Shown one piece after another: positions 25,641 through 37,896 of a stretch of 64,000 nucleotides of DNA. The notes under the pieces are model-generated. The model made no database searches and was not told where the DNA came from. It worked only from the letters and a program-made list of their open reading frames with translations. The translations under genes were made by a program, and so were the position numbers. The DNA comes from Ranitomeya imitator (taxonomy: Eukaryota). Every line of letters starts with the position of its first letter. Position 1 is the stretch's first letter. The DNA is taken from the NCBI RefSeq assembly GCF_032444005.1, contig NC_091284.1, positions 702,708,001 to 702,772,000 on the forward strand, written 5' to 3'.

Positions 25641-27436
25641 GGCTATTCCGTGAGCTTTAGAACCGAGTGTCATCCATGAAATATGTATTCATTTTCCTAG
25701 AGTGTTCCTGAACACATCATATTAGATGACACAAGGCTCCAGTGTAATGTCATCAGAAGCACGGACCCCCGTGGGAGCAGCTAGAGGATCATTTCCAGGG
25801 TCACTGAGAATTCCCATCCCCTGCATTTGCCCTGCGGACCTGTCACTGGGCCCGGCTGTATTATTACCGGACTGGTAAACTGTAGAGATTTGCATGTTAG
25901 GATGACACTTACAGAGAGTATAATAATGCAATTCTGGAAAGATAATGATACGAACCCCTGATACATTAGTGAAAGTGACTGCTGTGATGCAGAGTAACGT
26001 TAATGTATTTTATTGTTTTTGCTTCTTTGTTTTTAGATGGTGTAATATATAACGTGCAGCATACTTGTAACAAGTTTTTTTAAGCTCTTAATTCAATGAC
26101 ATTAACATTTGTGTGATAAATTATTGTATTTTAATAAAAATGGCATAAAACAGCCTTAACAACGACGATCTGTGTGAGAAGCTGTCATTTGACCTAGAAG
26201 CAGAATTGGATCAGTGCAGATTGGTCACAGGCTGGAATGGATAATGCTGAATGGCTGGATTGCATTATGTGCGAGCGCTGTTACCAGGGGATAAGGGCTG
26301 AGACAACCAGGGAAACATGCACTCAGATCTCTCCACGTTAATGAGCTCGGCCCTGTTACATGAATAGGGCGGATGCCATAAGGAACACCTGAATCCGCTC
26401 TCGCTCATCCTGATAGTTCAGATCGTTGGGGTAGAAATTCTTCATACATCAGTTTGAGCTTATATTTTGCAACAGACATTAGAATAATATTAAAAAAAGT
26501 AGTCCGCTGTTTAACAATATAAAGCTTGGCTTCTATGGGCGTCTTCGGTAATGCTAACGCTTTCTTCCAATGACATCATTTATACTAGGCCTGGATCCAA
26601 GCTATTACATATTGCGATGAATATCATGTCTGCCAGAGGAGCTTTGGGAGAAGATAAATGGATTATGGTAAAGGGAAGACAAACAATGAACAGTGAGCTC
26701 AGCATGTAGAGTGCAAATTAAAGCAGAACCCTAGTATTTTTTTTGCCTACCTAGTACAGAATAGACTTTTTTGGGGGTCTGTATAGTACAGAGTTCTGTA
26801 GAGGCTTTTTTGTACGCCTCAGTCTGTTTTAGATGATGCCTCATGCTTATTCCTTTTTGTCTTCTCATATGATTCTGCTAATACAAACTACATTTCCTAT
26901 GATGCCTCTGACAGCTGAGAGACACAGGAGCGGAGTCTCACCACATTGCACTTATTCTGTTCTGAGTCCTAAGTGCAGCAGTGAGATAAGTTAGATATGA
27001 CTGGTGTCCTCTGCACTGCAAAGTTTTAGTCTCCTCTGTAATGCAACTTCAGCCTGTATCCCCTCTGCCTCCCCTGCCTTCTGCTTGTGATAGATTTCTA
27101 CCTGTCAACATTTATAAAAAGGAGGCAGGTGAGATGCAATTCATAGGAATATACTGGGGTTAATGTGCAGGTTACTTGCGTTATTAACCTGCCCGACGCC
27201 TGCAAGTAGCTGAACGCTGCTGAGAGAAAAGAAACTTTATTCCCCTGACAGCTTTCAGTCACAGGGCCGGCACCAGCGCGGGTTCAGTCACTACTCTGTG
27301 TATGCAGAATGTAACCACTAATTGACAGCTCGCTTTCCATTGGGGCCGGCTGTAAGTCAGGGCCAGGGGCTTCCCTTTACGAGTGTCATTAGCCTCCATG
27401 CACCTCGCCACAAATCTTACCCCCATAAGGGAATGG

Positions 27437-27900
27437 AGTAAGATTTGTGGCATAAGGTACTCCCTTCATGAATTAGATGACCAGGTATTGCCGTATCCTG
27501 TCAAGCCCCTGTCCCAGTTCTACCTATATTGGCCGAGGTGGCCGAAACTATCATGAATACGCCAAAAGCGCTCGCCATAAATCCTGCTCTAGTCAGGGAA
27601 TGTGGCATAAGGTACGTCCATCATGAATTAGATGAGTGGTCATCACCACATCCTGTCGAGCCCCCCATTCTGTTGAGCCTCTGGCCAGACCAGCTCCACC
27701 TACTTTGGCAGAGGTGGTCAAAACTATCATGAAAATGCCAAAAGCCCTAGCCAAAAATCCTACTCCAGTCAAGGAATGGAGTAAGATTTGTGGCATAAGG
27801 TACGCCGATCGTGAATTAAATGAGTGGTCATCGCCACATCCTGTTAAACCCCTCGTCCTGCCCCAGCCCAGCTCCACCTATCTCACCAGAGCTGGCAGAA
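27437..27900. repeat. Imperfect triplication of a 150-190-bp unit
   Basis: TGTGGCATAAGGTAC...GAATTA(G/A)ATGA recurs at about 27447, 27601 and 27789. Confidence 0.6.
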
Positions 27901-29208
27901 ACGATCATAAAAACGCCAAAGTTGCCGAATTTTTCACAGCCTCATGTTGCATTAAAATTATTTGACTTTTCAATGTGTTCTGTGCCTGATTTTTGAACGA
28001 ATCGAGGTTCATAATGCTCGGTGCTCTCGGCAAACAAGGAGAAGACTCTCCTTACATACACAATGGATACAATGGAATTAAAAAAGGTAATTTAGCTAGT
28101 GAATTTCTTTGCACGTCTAGCCAAGCTAGACAGCCTGAAGGAACCACTGTCTGTAAAGTTGTAAGGATATAAATGAGTTAGTGGCAGGAAATATTACACC
28201 TCCGCGCTGACAGGTAGCGTGATTAATAGAGACCATGTGTGTGTAGTATGAATGGGAAAGATCAAACTTCAGTGACGTCTAGTGCAGTTGTGTGGGAGGA
28301 GGTTATATTATGCCTCATTTTGACAAATGTAACGCTAGAAACAGTCATTTTCTTCATCCACCGTCTGATTAGATTGTAATTGTATAGCCTATTGCTATAA
28401 ATGCAATTCCGTTATCTGTATACTGAATTCTGCTGATAACGTACCCATATTACGGCTTTGGACATAGCTGGTCTATATAGACAAGAATATGTTGGGTATA
28501 TGTGACTGTGTTACACATGAAACACATACCGTAGCTTTCAGTGCAGAGGAGTTTTTTTCTGTTGAAGTAGATGAGAAAATAGTTGTAGAATCGGCATTCT
28601 TTAAAATCTTTTAACCCTCTTTCATTTTTGCTCTTTCATTTTTCGTTCCCCTTCTTCTAAGAGCCATATTTTTTGTCACGTCGACATGTCCCCTATGTGA
28701 GGCTTGTTTTTGGCGGGACGAGTTGTAGGTTGTAACAACCATTTTACCATATAATATACTAAATATGCTAATATAAATACTAATATACTAAAAAATAGTA
28801 AAACAAATTCCAAGTGCTGTGAAATAGTGGGAAAAAAAATGAAATTCTGCCATTGTTATTTGTGTTTGTTTCAGCAGCGTTCATTGTGCAGTAAACATGA
28901 CTCAATATGATTAGTAAGGTCAGTATGGTTTGGTCATAACAAACTTATGTGTTTTCTATTTTAGTGGTCAAATGAAAAAAATTCAGAACTTTGTAAGAAG
29001 AAAATTTGATTTGAATTTTCTAAAATCATATTTTGTTAATAGCCTGTATATATTATATATTTATATTATAAGTTATAGTTATGATCTATTTTATATATTT
29101 GTATTTTACTTTATAAATAGTTTGGGCAATTGTGCGCATATGGAAATATCAACTCCCTTCAGTTTTTAATTGTATGCATTTTGCTATTTACATTTTGGGA
29201 AAAGGATG

Positions 29209-29211
<3 letters not shown>

Positions 29212-29256
<45 letters not shown>
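29212..29256. repeat. (AT)n microsatellite
   Basis: Pure AT dinucleotide run abutting a TA-targeting transposon. Confidence 0.98.
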
Positions 29257-29258
<2 letters not shown>

Positions 29259-30286
29259 GTATTTTTCGGACTATAAGACGCACCTGACTATAAGGCGCAC
29301 CCAGGTTTTAGAGGTGGAAAATAGGGAAAAAAAATATTTGAAGCAAAAAAATGTAAAATATTTAATAACATAAATAACATACTATCATATGTAGTGTTAT
29401 TATATAAAATAGTATGTTATGTTGGAAGCTGCGGGACCAGTGTGGTGTCTGTAAGGTACTATATGAAGATGCTGGAGGATGAGTATAAGAATGGGGGCAC
29501 AGGGCTTATATTGAAAGCACCACTCCAGCACTGCAAAATAACACTGGAGTGCTGCTTTAAAATCCCATGGGAGAACTATAACTCCCAGCATGTCCTGCAG
29601 ATCCTATGACATGCTGGGAGTTATAGTTCACCAAAGGAGTGGCAGAGTGCTTTATTGTGATTTGTAAAGACTAACCTCTTAAATGTGACAGCCAGCCACG
29701 CTGCGGTGAGGTAAAAGCATCCCATGACTGCACACAGAGCCCTCCCTCGTTTCCTTTCCACAGCACAGGTTATGAGGAAGCTGCAGATTCTAGTGGAGAG
29801 CCTGAAGGACCTGTGATGATGTCAAGAAGAGGGAGGGCTCTGAGCTGCCATGTGATGCTCCAGCCCGCCCACTCCTGACATCAAACAGGTCCTGTTTGTG
29901 CACAGCACTCAGCGTCCAGCCCAGGCATGGCAGGCAGGTATGCAGCGATCTCCTCTCTCCTCTGGCCCCTGCTGCTGCTGCTGCCTCCTCCTCCCCCGAA
30001 CACACAGACTTCCCCAGCTGCTGCAGGAATCAGCGCTGAGGAAACCATGTGTGTCCCTGCTTAAGTGCAGTATTCATTTGCTGCTCCCTGCTCACAGCTC
30101 AGCTGATAGGTGGGCGGGGAGCCGCTAATGAATATTCACTGCACTTAATCATCGGGACCACATGGTTTCCCCAGCGGTGATTCTGGGCAGCGGAGACATC
30201 CTGAAGTGGGATAACAGTGCGATCCCACTCACTGCTGCCCCCCTCCCCACATGCTACAAGTGCGTCTTATGGTCGGAAAAATACGA
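29257..30286. mobile_element. pogo/mariner-type MITE
   Basis: TIRs CCGTATTTTTCGGACTATAAGACGCAC and GTGCGTCTTATGGTCGGAAAAATACGA, with TA flanks. Internal hairpin GAACTATAACTCCCAGCATGTC/GACATGCTGGGAGTTATAGTTC at about 29573-29630. Confidence 0.85.
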
Positions 30287-30291
30287 TATAT

Positions 30292-31165
30292 ATAGTTGTC
30301 CAAAAGTAGGTGGACAGTATATGTAATATGGTTACGTAGGGGGAGATTTATCAAACGTAGGGGGAGATTTATCAAACGTGGTTTTTGTGGTTCAAAGTTC
30401 CCACCACACATCTAGATAAGTTTCTTGGGGGTCTAGTTTCCAAAATGGGGTCACTTGTGGGGGGTTTCTACTGTTTAGGCACATCAGGGGCTTTGTAAAC
30501 GCAACATGACTTCCGCAGACCATTCCATCAAAGTCTGCATTCCCAAACGTCACTACTTCTCTTCCGAGCTCTGCTGTGCGCCCAAACAGTGGTTTACCCC
30601 CACATATGGGTTATTGCAGTACTCAGGACAAATTGGACAACAACTTTTGCAGTCCACTTTCTCCTTTCACCCTCGGGAAAATAAAAAAAATTGTTGCTAA
30701 AAGATTTTTTTTGTGACTATAAAGTTAAATGTTCCTTTTTTTCTTCCATGTTGCTTCTGCTGCTGTGAAACACCTGAAGGGTTAATAAACTTCTTGAATG
30801 TGGTTTTGAGCACACTGAGGGGTGCAGTTTTTAGGATGGTGTCACTTTTGGGTATTTTCAGCCATATAGACCCCTCAAACTGACTTCAAATGTGAGGTGG
30901 TCCCTAAAAAAATGGTTTTGTAAATTTTGTTGTAAAAATTAGAAATGGCTGGTCAACTTTTAACCCTTATAACTTCCTAACAAAAAAAATGTTGTTTCCA
31001 AAATTGTGCTCATGTAAAGTAGACATGTGGGAAATGTGATTTATTAACTATTTTGTGTCAGATAACTCTCTGGTTTAACAGAATAAAAATTCAAAATAAA
31101 TAATAATACTAGTAAATCAAAATAAATGTTATTATATTCTGTCCACCTACTTTTGGACCACCCTG
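30292..31165. mobile_element. Tc1/mariner-like MITE containing a nested fragment of the 390-bp-repeat piggyBac-like family
   Basis: TIR-like GTCCAAAAGTAGGTGGACAG and CTGTCCACCTACTTTTGGACCACCCTG|TA. The interval about 30380-31090 matches about 12200-14060-type sequence. Confidence 0.7.
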
Positions 31166-31404
31166 TATATACATGAACACTCTTTTTTATATTTCTAAAA
31201 AATATTATTTCATGTTTTTAACTCAAGGCTCGAGGAGCTGATATCTGTTATCTGTTAAGTGATGCCCAGCATTTTAACGTTTTTTAAATACTGCCTTCAT
31301 GCTTGATAGCGGCAATTAAGAGGGTAAACTGATGACAGCTAATCTAGTTCTGTTATACCCACATAATTCCAAGCCCGCTGCAAGTCGCTTGGGGAGCCCC
31401 ACCG

Positions 31405-31444
31405 CACCCGACGCGTGTTTCGCAGGAAAGGCTTCGTCCAGGTG
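31405..31444 (-). ncRNA. Decayed minimal hammerhead
   Basis: Reverse complement reads CAC-CTGGACGA-A-GC(CTTTCCT)GC-GAAA-CACGCG-T-C-GGGTG. The core has one extra base, the palindrome ACGCGCGT has one G>A change, and a GUC triplet is present. Confidence 0.5.
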
Positions 31445-31555
31445 TCAGTAAATGAATGTTTGCAGTACTGAACTCGATAGACATATCAAACCACTTAAAT
31501 GTTATATATACCGTTGCGTCGTTATATTTTTTTACTTGCCGGTATTTTTGACTTA

Positions 31556-33170
31556 GGCCGGGTCACACTAGAACGTAATACGGACCGATGCTATGCAATA
31601 AAAAATTGTATAGCACTCGGACTATTGTTAATCTATGGGGCAGCTCCTATCAGCCGTTGTTTTCTCGGCCGTATTATACATACAAGTGAAATTGCACCAT
31701 TGTCACCGTATTACGCTCGAAATACGCCAATGCAAGTCTATGGGTGCGAGAAAAACTCTCACACCACACGGACCATCAGTGTGACTTGCGAGAAATACGC
31801 ATCGGTGTTCTATAGAAAAGCCGGCAATTCAGTGCGGTGTACAGTAAAATCACACTGACAGGTTAAAAGAGAATAGATAGAATAAATGTCTACACATAGT
31901 ATAGGTTTATATTTATATATATATATATATATATGTCAGTGAGACAGGGGGCGCAGCATTGGTGATGGCACCGCTAGTTACCAAAGCTCCGCCCCCTGCA
32001 TTTTATTCATTCCCAGTCTTTTACAGCCGGGAGCGGCAGCATTAGCAGCGCTCACAGTTGTAAATGTATTTAACCCCTTGAGATGGATTTACAGCGTAGG
32101 GTTTGACTGTACGGCGGACAGGTATGGGATATTGTTGCTTTTTTATTTTGGAATTTTTTACAGGAGAATAAGGGTCTTCAGTTAGATTGAGCGTACAATA
32201 CAGATAATGAAACCTGTGTGTTTATTTATTTCATTAAAATACTTTATTCTTAATGTGTATGTGTGTTTTATAACCCTTTCAGACTAGTGGCTTAATAATG
32301 GATAGGTGTCTTATTGACATCTCTCCATTATTAACCAAGCTTAATGTCACCTTACATTAGCAAGGTGACATTAACCCCTTATTACCTCATATGCCAAGCC
32401 ACAGGGCAGTGGGAAGAGAGAGGCTAAGTGCCAGAATAGGCGCATCTTACAGATGCATCTTTTCTGGGGTGGTTGGAGGCAGATGTTTTTAGCCGGGGGG
32501 AGGGGGGCTTGGCAATAACCCTCTTTAGGCTATTAATATCTGCCTTCAGTGACTGGCTTTCCCTCCCTGGCGGAGAAAATTGCGCGGGAGCCCACACCAG
32601 TTTTTTCCGTGAATTAATTCTTTAATTTAGCACCTATAGCTCCCAAATTTTGCACACAGACACTTCTAACGTTATTAGTGAGGGATATATAAAAATATAA
32701 CGGATATGAAATGGTTTACTGTATGTAAACCATGCCTCATATCCTGTCGGGTTTGGTAATTATTTATCAAAAGCCGACGAATTACCGGCTATTCGGCTAT
32801 CNNNNNNNNNNNNNNNNNNNNNNNNNNNNNNNNNNNNNNNNNNNNNNNNNNNNNNNNNNNNNNNNNNNNNNNNNNNNNNNNNNNNNNNNNNNNNNNNNNN
32901 NNNNNNNNNNNNNNNNNNNNNNNNNNNNNNNNNNNNNNNNNNNNNNNNNNNNNNGAGCCCATGAATTCATTATATGTCAATTTTGCAAGCCGGGGAGAAA
33001 ATCTCGCCGTACGGATGCCATACAGAAGTCACACGGATACTTTTTGGAGAAAAAAATCGCATCCTCGCATTGAATATGGATGACATACGGATCACTGTTC
33101 ATGAACATTTCTGCATATCTCCGCCTTAAAAAACGGACCGTATTTTTATACGTTAGGTGTGACGCCGGCC
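31556..33170. mobile_element. Harbinger-like non-autonomous element spanning an N-gap
   Basis: TTA|GGCCGGGTCACACTA ... TAGGTGTGACGCCGGCC|TAA. Confidence 0.7.
32802..32954. other. Assembly gap (N run)
   Basis: Run of N. Confidence 1.
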
Positions 33171-33173
33171 TAA

Positions 33174-33348
33174 GGCCATGTTCAGTGTTGGTTCAGTACT
33201 TTACATCAATATTTGTACGCTAAAACCAGGAATTATAGGAAAAGTATAATAGAAACACGCGCACTACATTTTTTTTACCCACTCCAGGATTTGGCTTACA
33301 AATACTGATGTAAAAAACTGACCGAATACTGAACGTGTGCACATGGCC
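33174..33348. mobile_element. Short Harbinger-like MITE
   Basis: TAA|GGCCATGTTCA ... CACATGGCC|TAA. It shares its left TAA with the preceding element. Confidence 0.75.
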
Positions 33349-34444
33349 TAAAGAACACTTTTCTAACAGAGTTCCAAGAAAATTTTTAAAAGTTTAACTT
33401 TTAGCCTTTATTGTTTTATTTTTGTAGGAACAGCAGCACTCTTGTCCAGGGGATGTGTCTGGTATTGCACCTAAGCCTCATTCACTTGAATAGAGAATGG
33501 ATATGAGTTTTTTTACCGAAAAAAAACTTCTTACCTTTTAGATATATGACTGTCCATAAATCCCAGTCCCTCGAAAATCAATTGTGCATAGGTATATTCT
33601 AAGTGTACATGTATAGCAGCAGGAGTCATTTGTGCTCCTCGTTTTTGCGGTCAGCGCATCATTAAACTGAGTTATATTTTATTAGTGGGTTAATTGATCC
33701 AGTCCTGCAGTCTGTTTCAGAGGCTGGTCCCACAGCGAGACGTGAGGTTTTTGCAGTGAGTTACATCGGCGGAGACCAGACGCTGCTGGGAGATGATTTC
33801 TGGGAAAGTTCCTTAAGCTGCAGCTCTTACATAACATGTGTTGTAAGGAGCTCGGGCAGACTGGAGAAGGGTGTGGTAATGTGCACAGCGCTGCGCTGTC
33901 TGACGGCCACGTCTGTCTGATACCGAGCTATCTCTATTTATTAGACTTATATTAGAGCGGGGATGTCAGACTCAAATACACAGAGGGACAAAATGAAAAG
34001 CTTGGACAAAGTCGCGGGCCAACCTTGACATTTATTAAAAAATGTCTACAATTGAAGACATTTTATTTTATCATCAAATATAATAATTAAACTTTTCATA
34101 TGGAAAAACTTAAAGGGTTTGTTCCACAAACAAAGTACATTTTAATTAATAGATCTTAGAATAAAATATTGGAATAACATAATATGTTGTGTAATAACAG
34201 TAAAAGGCATATGGCCCCATGGCCTAATTTACATGTAAATATGTAATAACAGAGATAATAAAGTATGATACCAAGAAAAATGCCTCCACAGCACGATACC
34301 CCCACTGTGAATTCCTCCACAGTACTCTCCATATGCACAGTATGATGACCCTACGATACCCCCTCCCTCAATCAACCAGACAAAGAATGCTGACCCCCAT
34401 CACAGTATGATTCTCCAACTGTAATCCCCACACAGTCCCCACTA

Positions 34445-35480
34445 CTTGAAGACACAAAAGCGCACAGAGAGGTCAAAAAATACTCTATTGTAAAAAAGTC
34501 ACAGTAAATAAGCAAGTGCTAGTCAAAAAATGAAAAAATATAAAAATACAGGGTATTTAGTTAATACGTTTTTTTTGCAAAAAAAGTATGTTAAGCTGCT
34601 CCACCAATCGCCAAGGTATACCCATAATAGAGCAGTCCTATCTAATGCATATAATCCCTATCTGATGTATTTAAAAACCTGATCATCTGTATAGTACCTG
34701 TATGAGCAGGGTTCAGAGAGAAAATATCCATGTGGAAGATGCAGGATGGAACAGCTACAATGCAAATGACCCACAGAGGAGTGGTGGACTCCCCAGTCTT
34801 GTAGAAACAAGAGAACAATTATAAAACCAAAAACACATGGGCCACCTGCATAGCGAACAAGTCTGTAGGAACTTGTTCACACCACCAAAGAACTTGAAGA
34901 CACAAAAGCGCACAGAGAGGTAAAAAAAATACTCTATTGTAAAAAAGTCACAGTAAATAAGCAAGTGCTAGTCAGAAAATGAAAAAATACAAAAATACAG
35001 GGTATTTAGTTAATACTTTTTTTTGCAAAAAAAGTATGCTAAGCTGCTCCACCAATCGCCAAGGTATACCCATAATAGAGCAGTCCTATCTAATGTATAT
35101 AATCCCTATCTGATGTATTTAAAAACCTGATCATCTATATAATACCTGTATGAGCAGGGTTCAGAGAGAAAATATCCATGTGGAACATGCACGATGGAAC
35201 AGCTACAATGCAAATGACCCACAGAGGAGTGGAGGACTCCACAGTCTTGTAGAAACAAGAGAACAATTATAAAACCAAAAACACATGGGCTACTTGCACA
35301 GTGAACAAGTCTGTAGGAACCTGTTCACACCACCAAAGAACTTGAAGACACAAAAGCGCACAGAGAGGTCAAAAATACTCTGTTGTAAAAAAGTCACAGT
35401 AAATAAGCAAGTGCTAGTCAGAAAATGAAAAAATACAAAAATACAGGGTATTTAGTTAATACATTTTTTTGCAAAAAAAA
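34445..35480. repeat. ~448-bp tandem repeat, about 2.3 units
   Basis: CTTGAAGACACAAAAGCGCACAGAGAGG occurs at about 34445, 34892 and 35341. A diverged inverted partial copy lies at about 46205-46515. Confidence 0.9.
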
Positions 35481-35631
35481 AACAACTGTATACTGTTATG
35501 ATTATTCATAAATATATATACATAAAACAACTCGGCACAGACGGCAACAACCGTGGCACACGCTGCAAACACGTTTCCTGCAGCGGTGCTCCAGGTGCGC
35601 AGAACGTCTGTGGAGAAAATCTAATCTACCC

Positions 35632-37805
35632 GAAGATTTCATCCATTATAAGTTCATGCTAAAGACATACAATTCTGCCCTTCACCTCTCCAAACAAACC
35701 TACTTCAACACCCTCATCACCTCCCTGTCCAATAACCCTAAACGTCTCTTTGACACGTTCCAGTCCCTACTCAACCCAAGAGCGCAGGCCCCAACCACGG
35801 ATCTCCGTGCTGACGATCTGGCCAATTACTTCAAAGAAAAAATTGACCATATTCGACAGGAAATCATCTCCCAATCTCTTCATACCATGCACTGTCCTCC
35901 CTCCCCCACTGCATCTAGTTCACTCTCTGACTTTGAAGCAGTTACAGAAGAAGAAGTAAGCAGGCTCCTTGCATCTTCTCGCCCGACCACTTGCACCAGT
36001 GACCCCATTCCGTCACATTTCCTCCAGTCCCTTTCCCCGGCTGTCACCTCTCACCTAACAAAAATATTCAACCTTTCCCTCACTTCCGGTATTTTTCCCT
36101 CCTCATTTAAGCATGCCATCATACATCCATTACTTAAAAAACCATCCCTCGACCAAAACTGTGCCGCTAATTATAGACCTGTCTCTAATCTTCCCTTCAT
36201 CTCTAAACTCCTCGAACGCCTGGTCCACTCCCGTCTTACCCGCTATCTCTCAGATAACTCTCTTCTCGACCCTCTTCAATCTGGTTTCCGCTCTTTACAC
36301 TCTACTGAAACTGCCCTCACTAAAGTCTCTAATGACCTACTAACAGCTAAATCTAATGGTCACTACTCCATGCTAATTCTCTTGGATCTCTCTGCAGCAT
36401 TTGATACTGTGGATCTTTAGCTCCTCCTCACTATGCTCCGCTCCATCGGCCTCAAGGACACCGTTCTCTCCTGGTTCTCCTCCTATCTCTCTGACCGATC
36501 CTTCACTGTATGTTTCGCTGGTTCCTCCTCCTCTCACCTTCCCCTTACTGTTGGGGTTCCTCAAGGATCAGTCCTAGGCCCCCTCCTCTTCTCTTTGTAT
36601 ACTGCCCCTATTGGACAAACAATCAGTAGATTTGGCTTCCAGTACCATCTCTATGCTGACGACACCCAACTATACACTTCTTCTCCTGATCTCACGCCTG
36701 CCTTATTAGAAAACACCAGTGATTGTCTTACCGCTGTCTCTAGCATCATGTCCTCCCTCTATCTGAAACTAAACCTGTCAAAAACTGAACTCCTCGTGTT
36801 TTCTCCCTCTACTAACCTACCTTTGCCTGACATTGCCATCTCCGTTTGCGGTTCCACCATTACTCCAAAGCAACATGCCCGCTGCCTTGGGGTCATCCTT
36901 GATTCTGACCTTTCATTCACCCCCCACATCCGATCACTGGCTCGCTCTTCTTACCTGCATCTCAAAAACATTTCTAGAATTCGCCCTTTTCTTACTTTCG
37001 ACTCTGCAAAAACTCTTACTGTTTCACTTATTCATTCTCGTCTGGACTATTGTAACTCTCTACTAATCGGCCTCCCTCTTACCAAACTCTCCCCGCTCCA
37101 ATCTGTCCTGAATGCTGCTGCCAGGATCATATTCCTCACCAACCGTTACACCGATGCCTCTACCTTGTGCCAGTCATTACACTGGTTACCCATCCACTCA
37201 AGAATCCAGTACAAAACTACTACCCTCATCCACAAAGCACTCCATGGCTCAGCACCACCCTACATCTCCTCTCTGGTCTCAGTCTACCACCCTACCCGTG
37301 CCCTCCGCTCCGCTGATGACCTCAGGTTAGCATCCTCAATAATCAGAACCTCCCACTCCCGTCTCCAAGACTTTACACGTGCTGCGCCGATTCTTTGGAA
37401 TGCACTACCTAGGATAATACGATTAATCCCCAATCCCCACAGTTTTAAGCGTGCCCTAAAAACTCATTTGTTCAGACTGGCCTACCGCCTCAATGCATTA
37501 ACCTAACGATCCCTGTGTGGCCTATATTAAAAAAAAAAAAAAATTAATTAACTGGTTCATGCAGCTTTACATGAACACCCAAGCCTTACACTATGGCTGG
37601 TCCGAATAACTATAGCAATTGTTACCATCCACCTCTCGTGTCTCCCCTTTTCCTCATAGTTTGTAAGCTTACGAGCAGGGCCCTCACTCCTCTTGGTATC
37701 TGTTTTGAACTGTATTTCTGTTATGCTGTAATGTCTATTGTATGTACAAGTCCCCTCTATAATTTGTAAAGCGCTGCGGAATATGTTGGCGCTATATAAA
37801 TAAAA

Positions 37806-37830
<25 letters not shown>
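35632..37830 (+). mobile_element. 5'-truncated L2 LINE (RT domain, one in-frame stop)
   Basis: ORFs 35656-36420 and 36433-37506 are in the same frame, separated by TAG at 36418-36420. Motifs: [56 protein letters not shown]. The 3' UTR ends GCGCTATATAAATAAAAA(TTA)n. Confidence 0.95.
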
Positions 37831-37838
<8 letters not shown>

Positions 37839-37896
37839 TATACAATCAGCCAGTTAGTCTGCCTATCTTTATCCTGTCTAGTGTAAGTGCTGGTCT

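Noticed and set aside
35555-35600. Minus-strand string CTGGAGCA...GAAACGTGTT resembling a hammerhead
   Set aside because: Too many core changes; not counted among the hammerheads.
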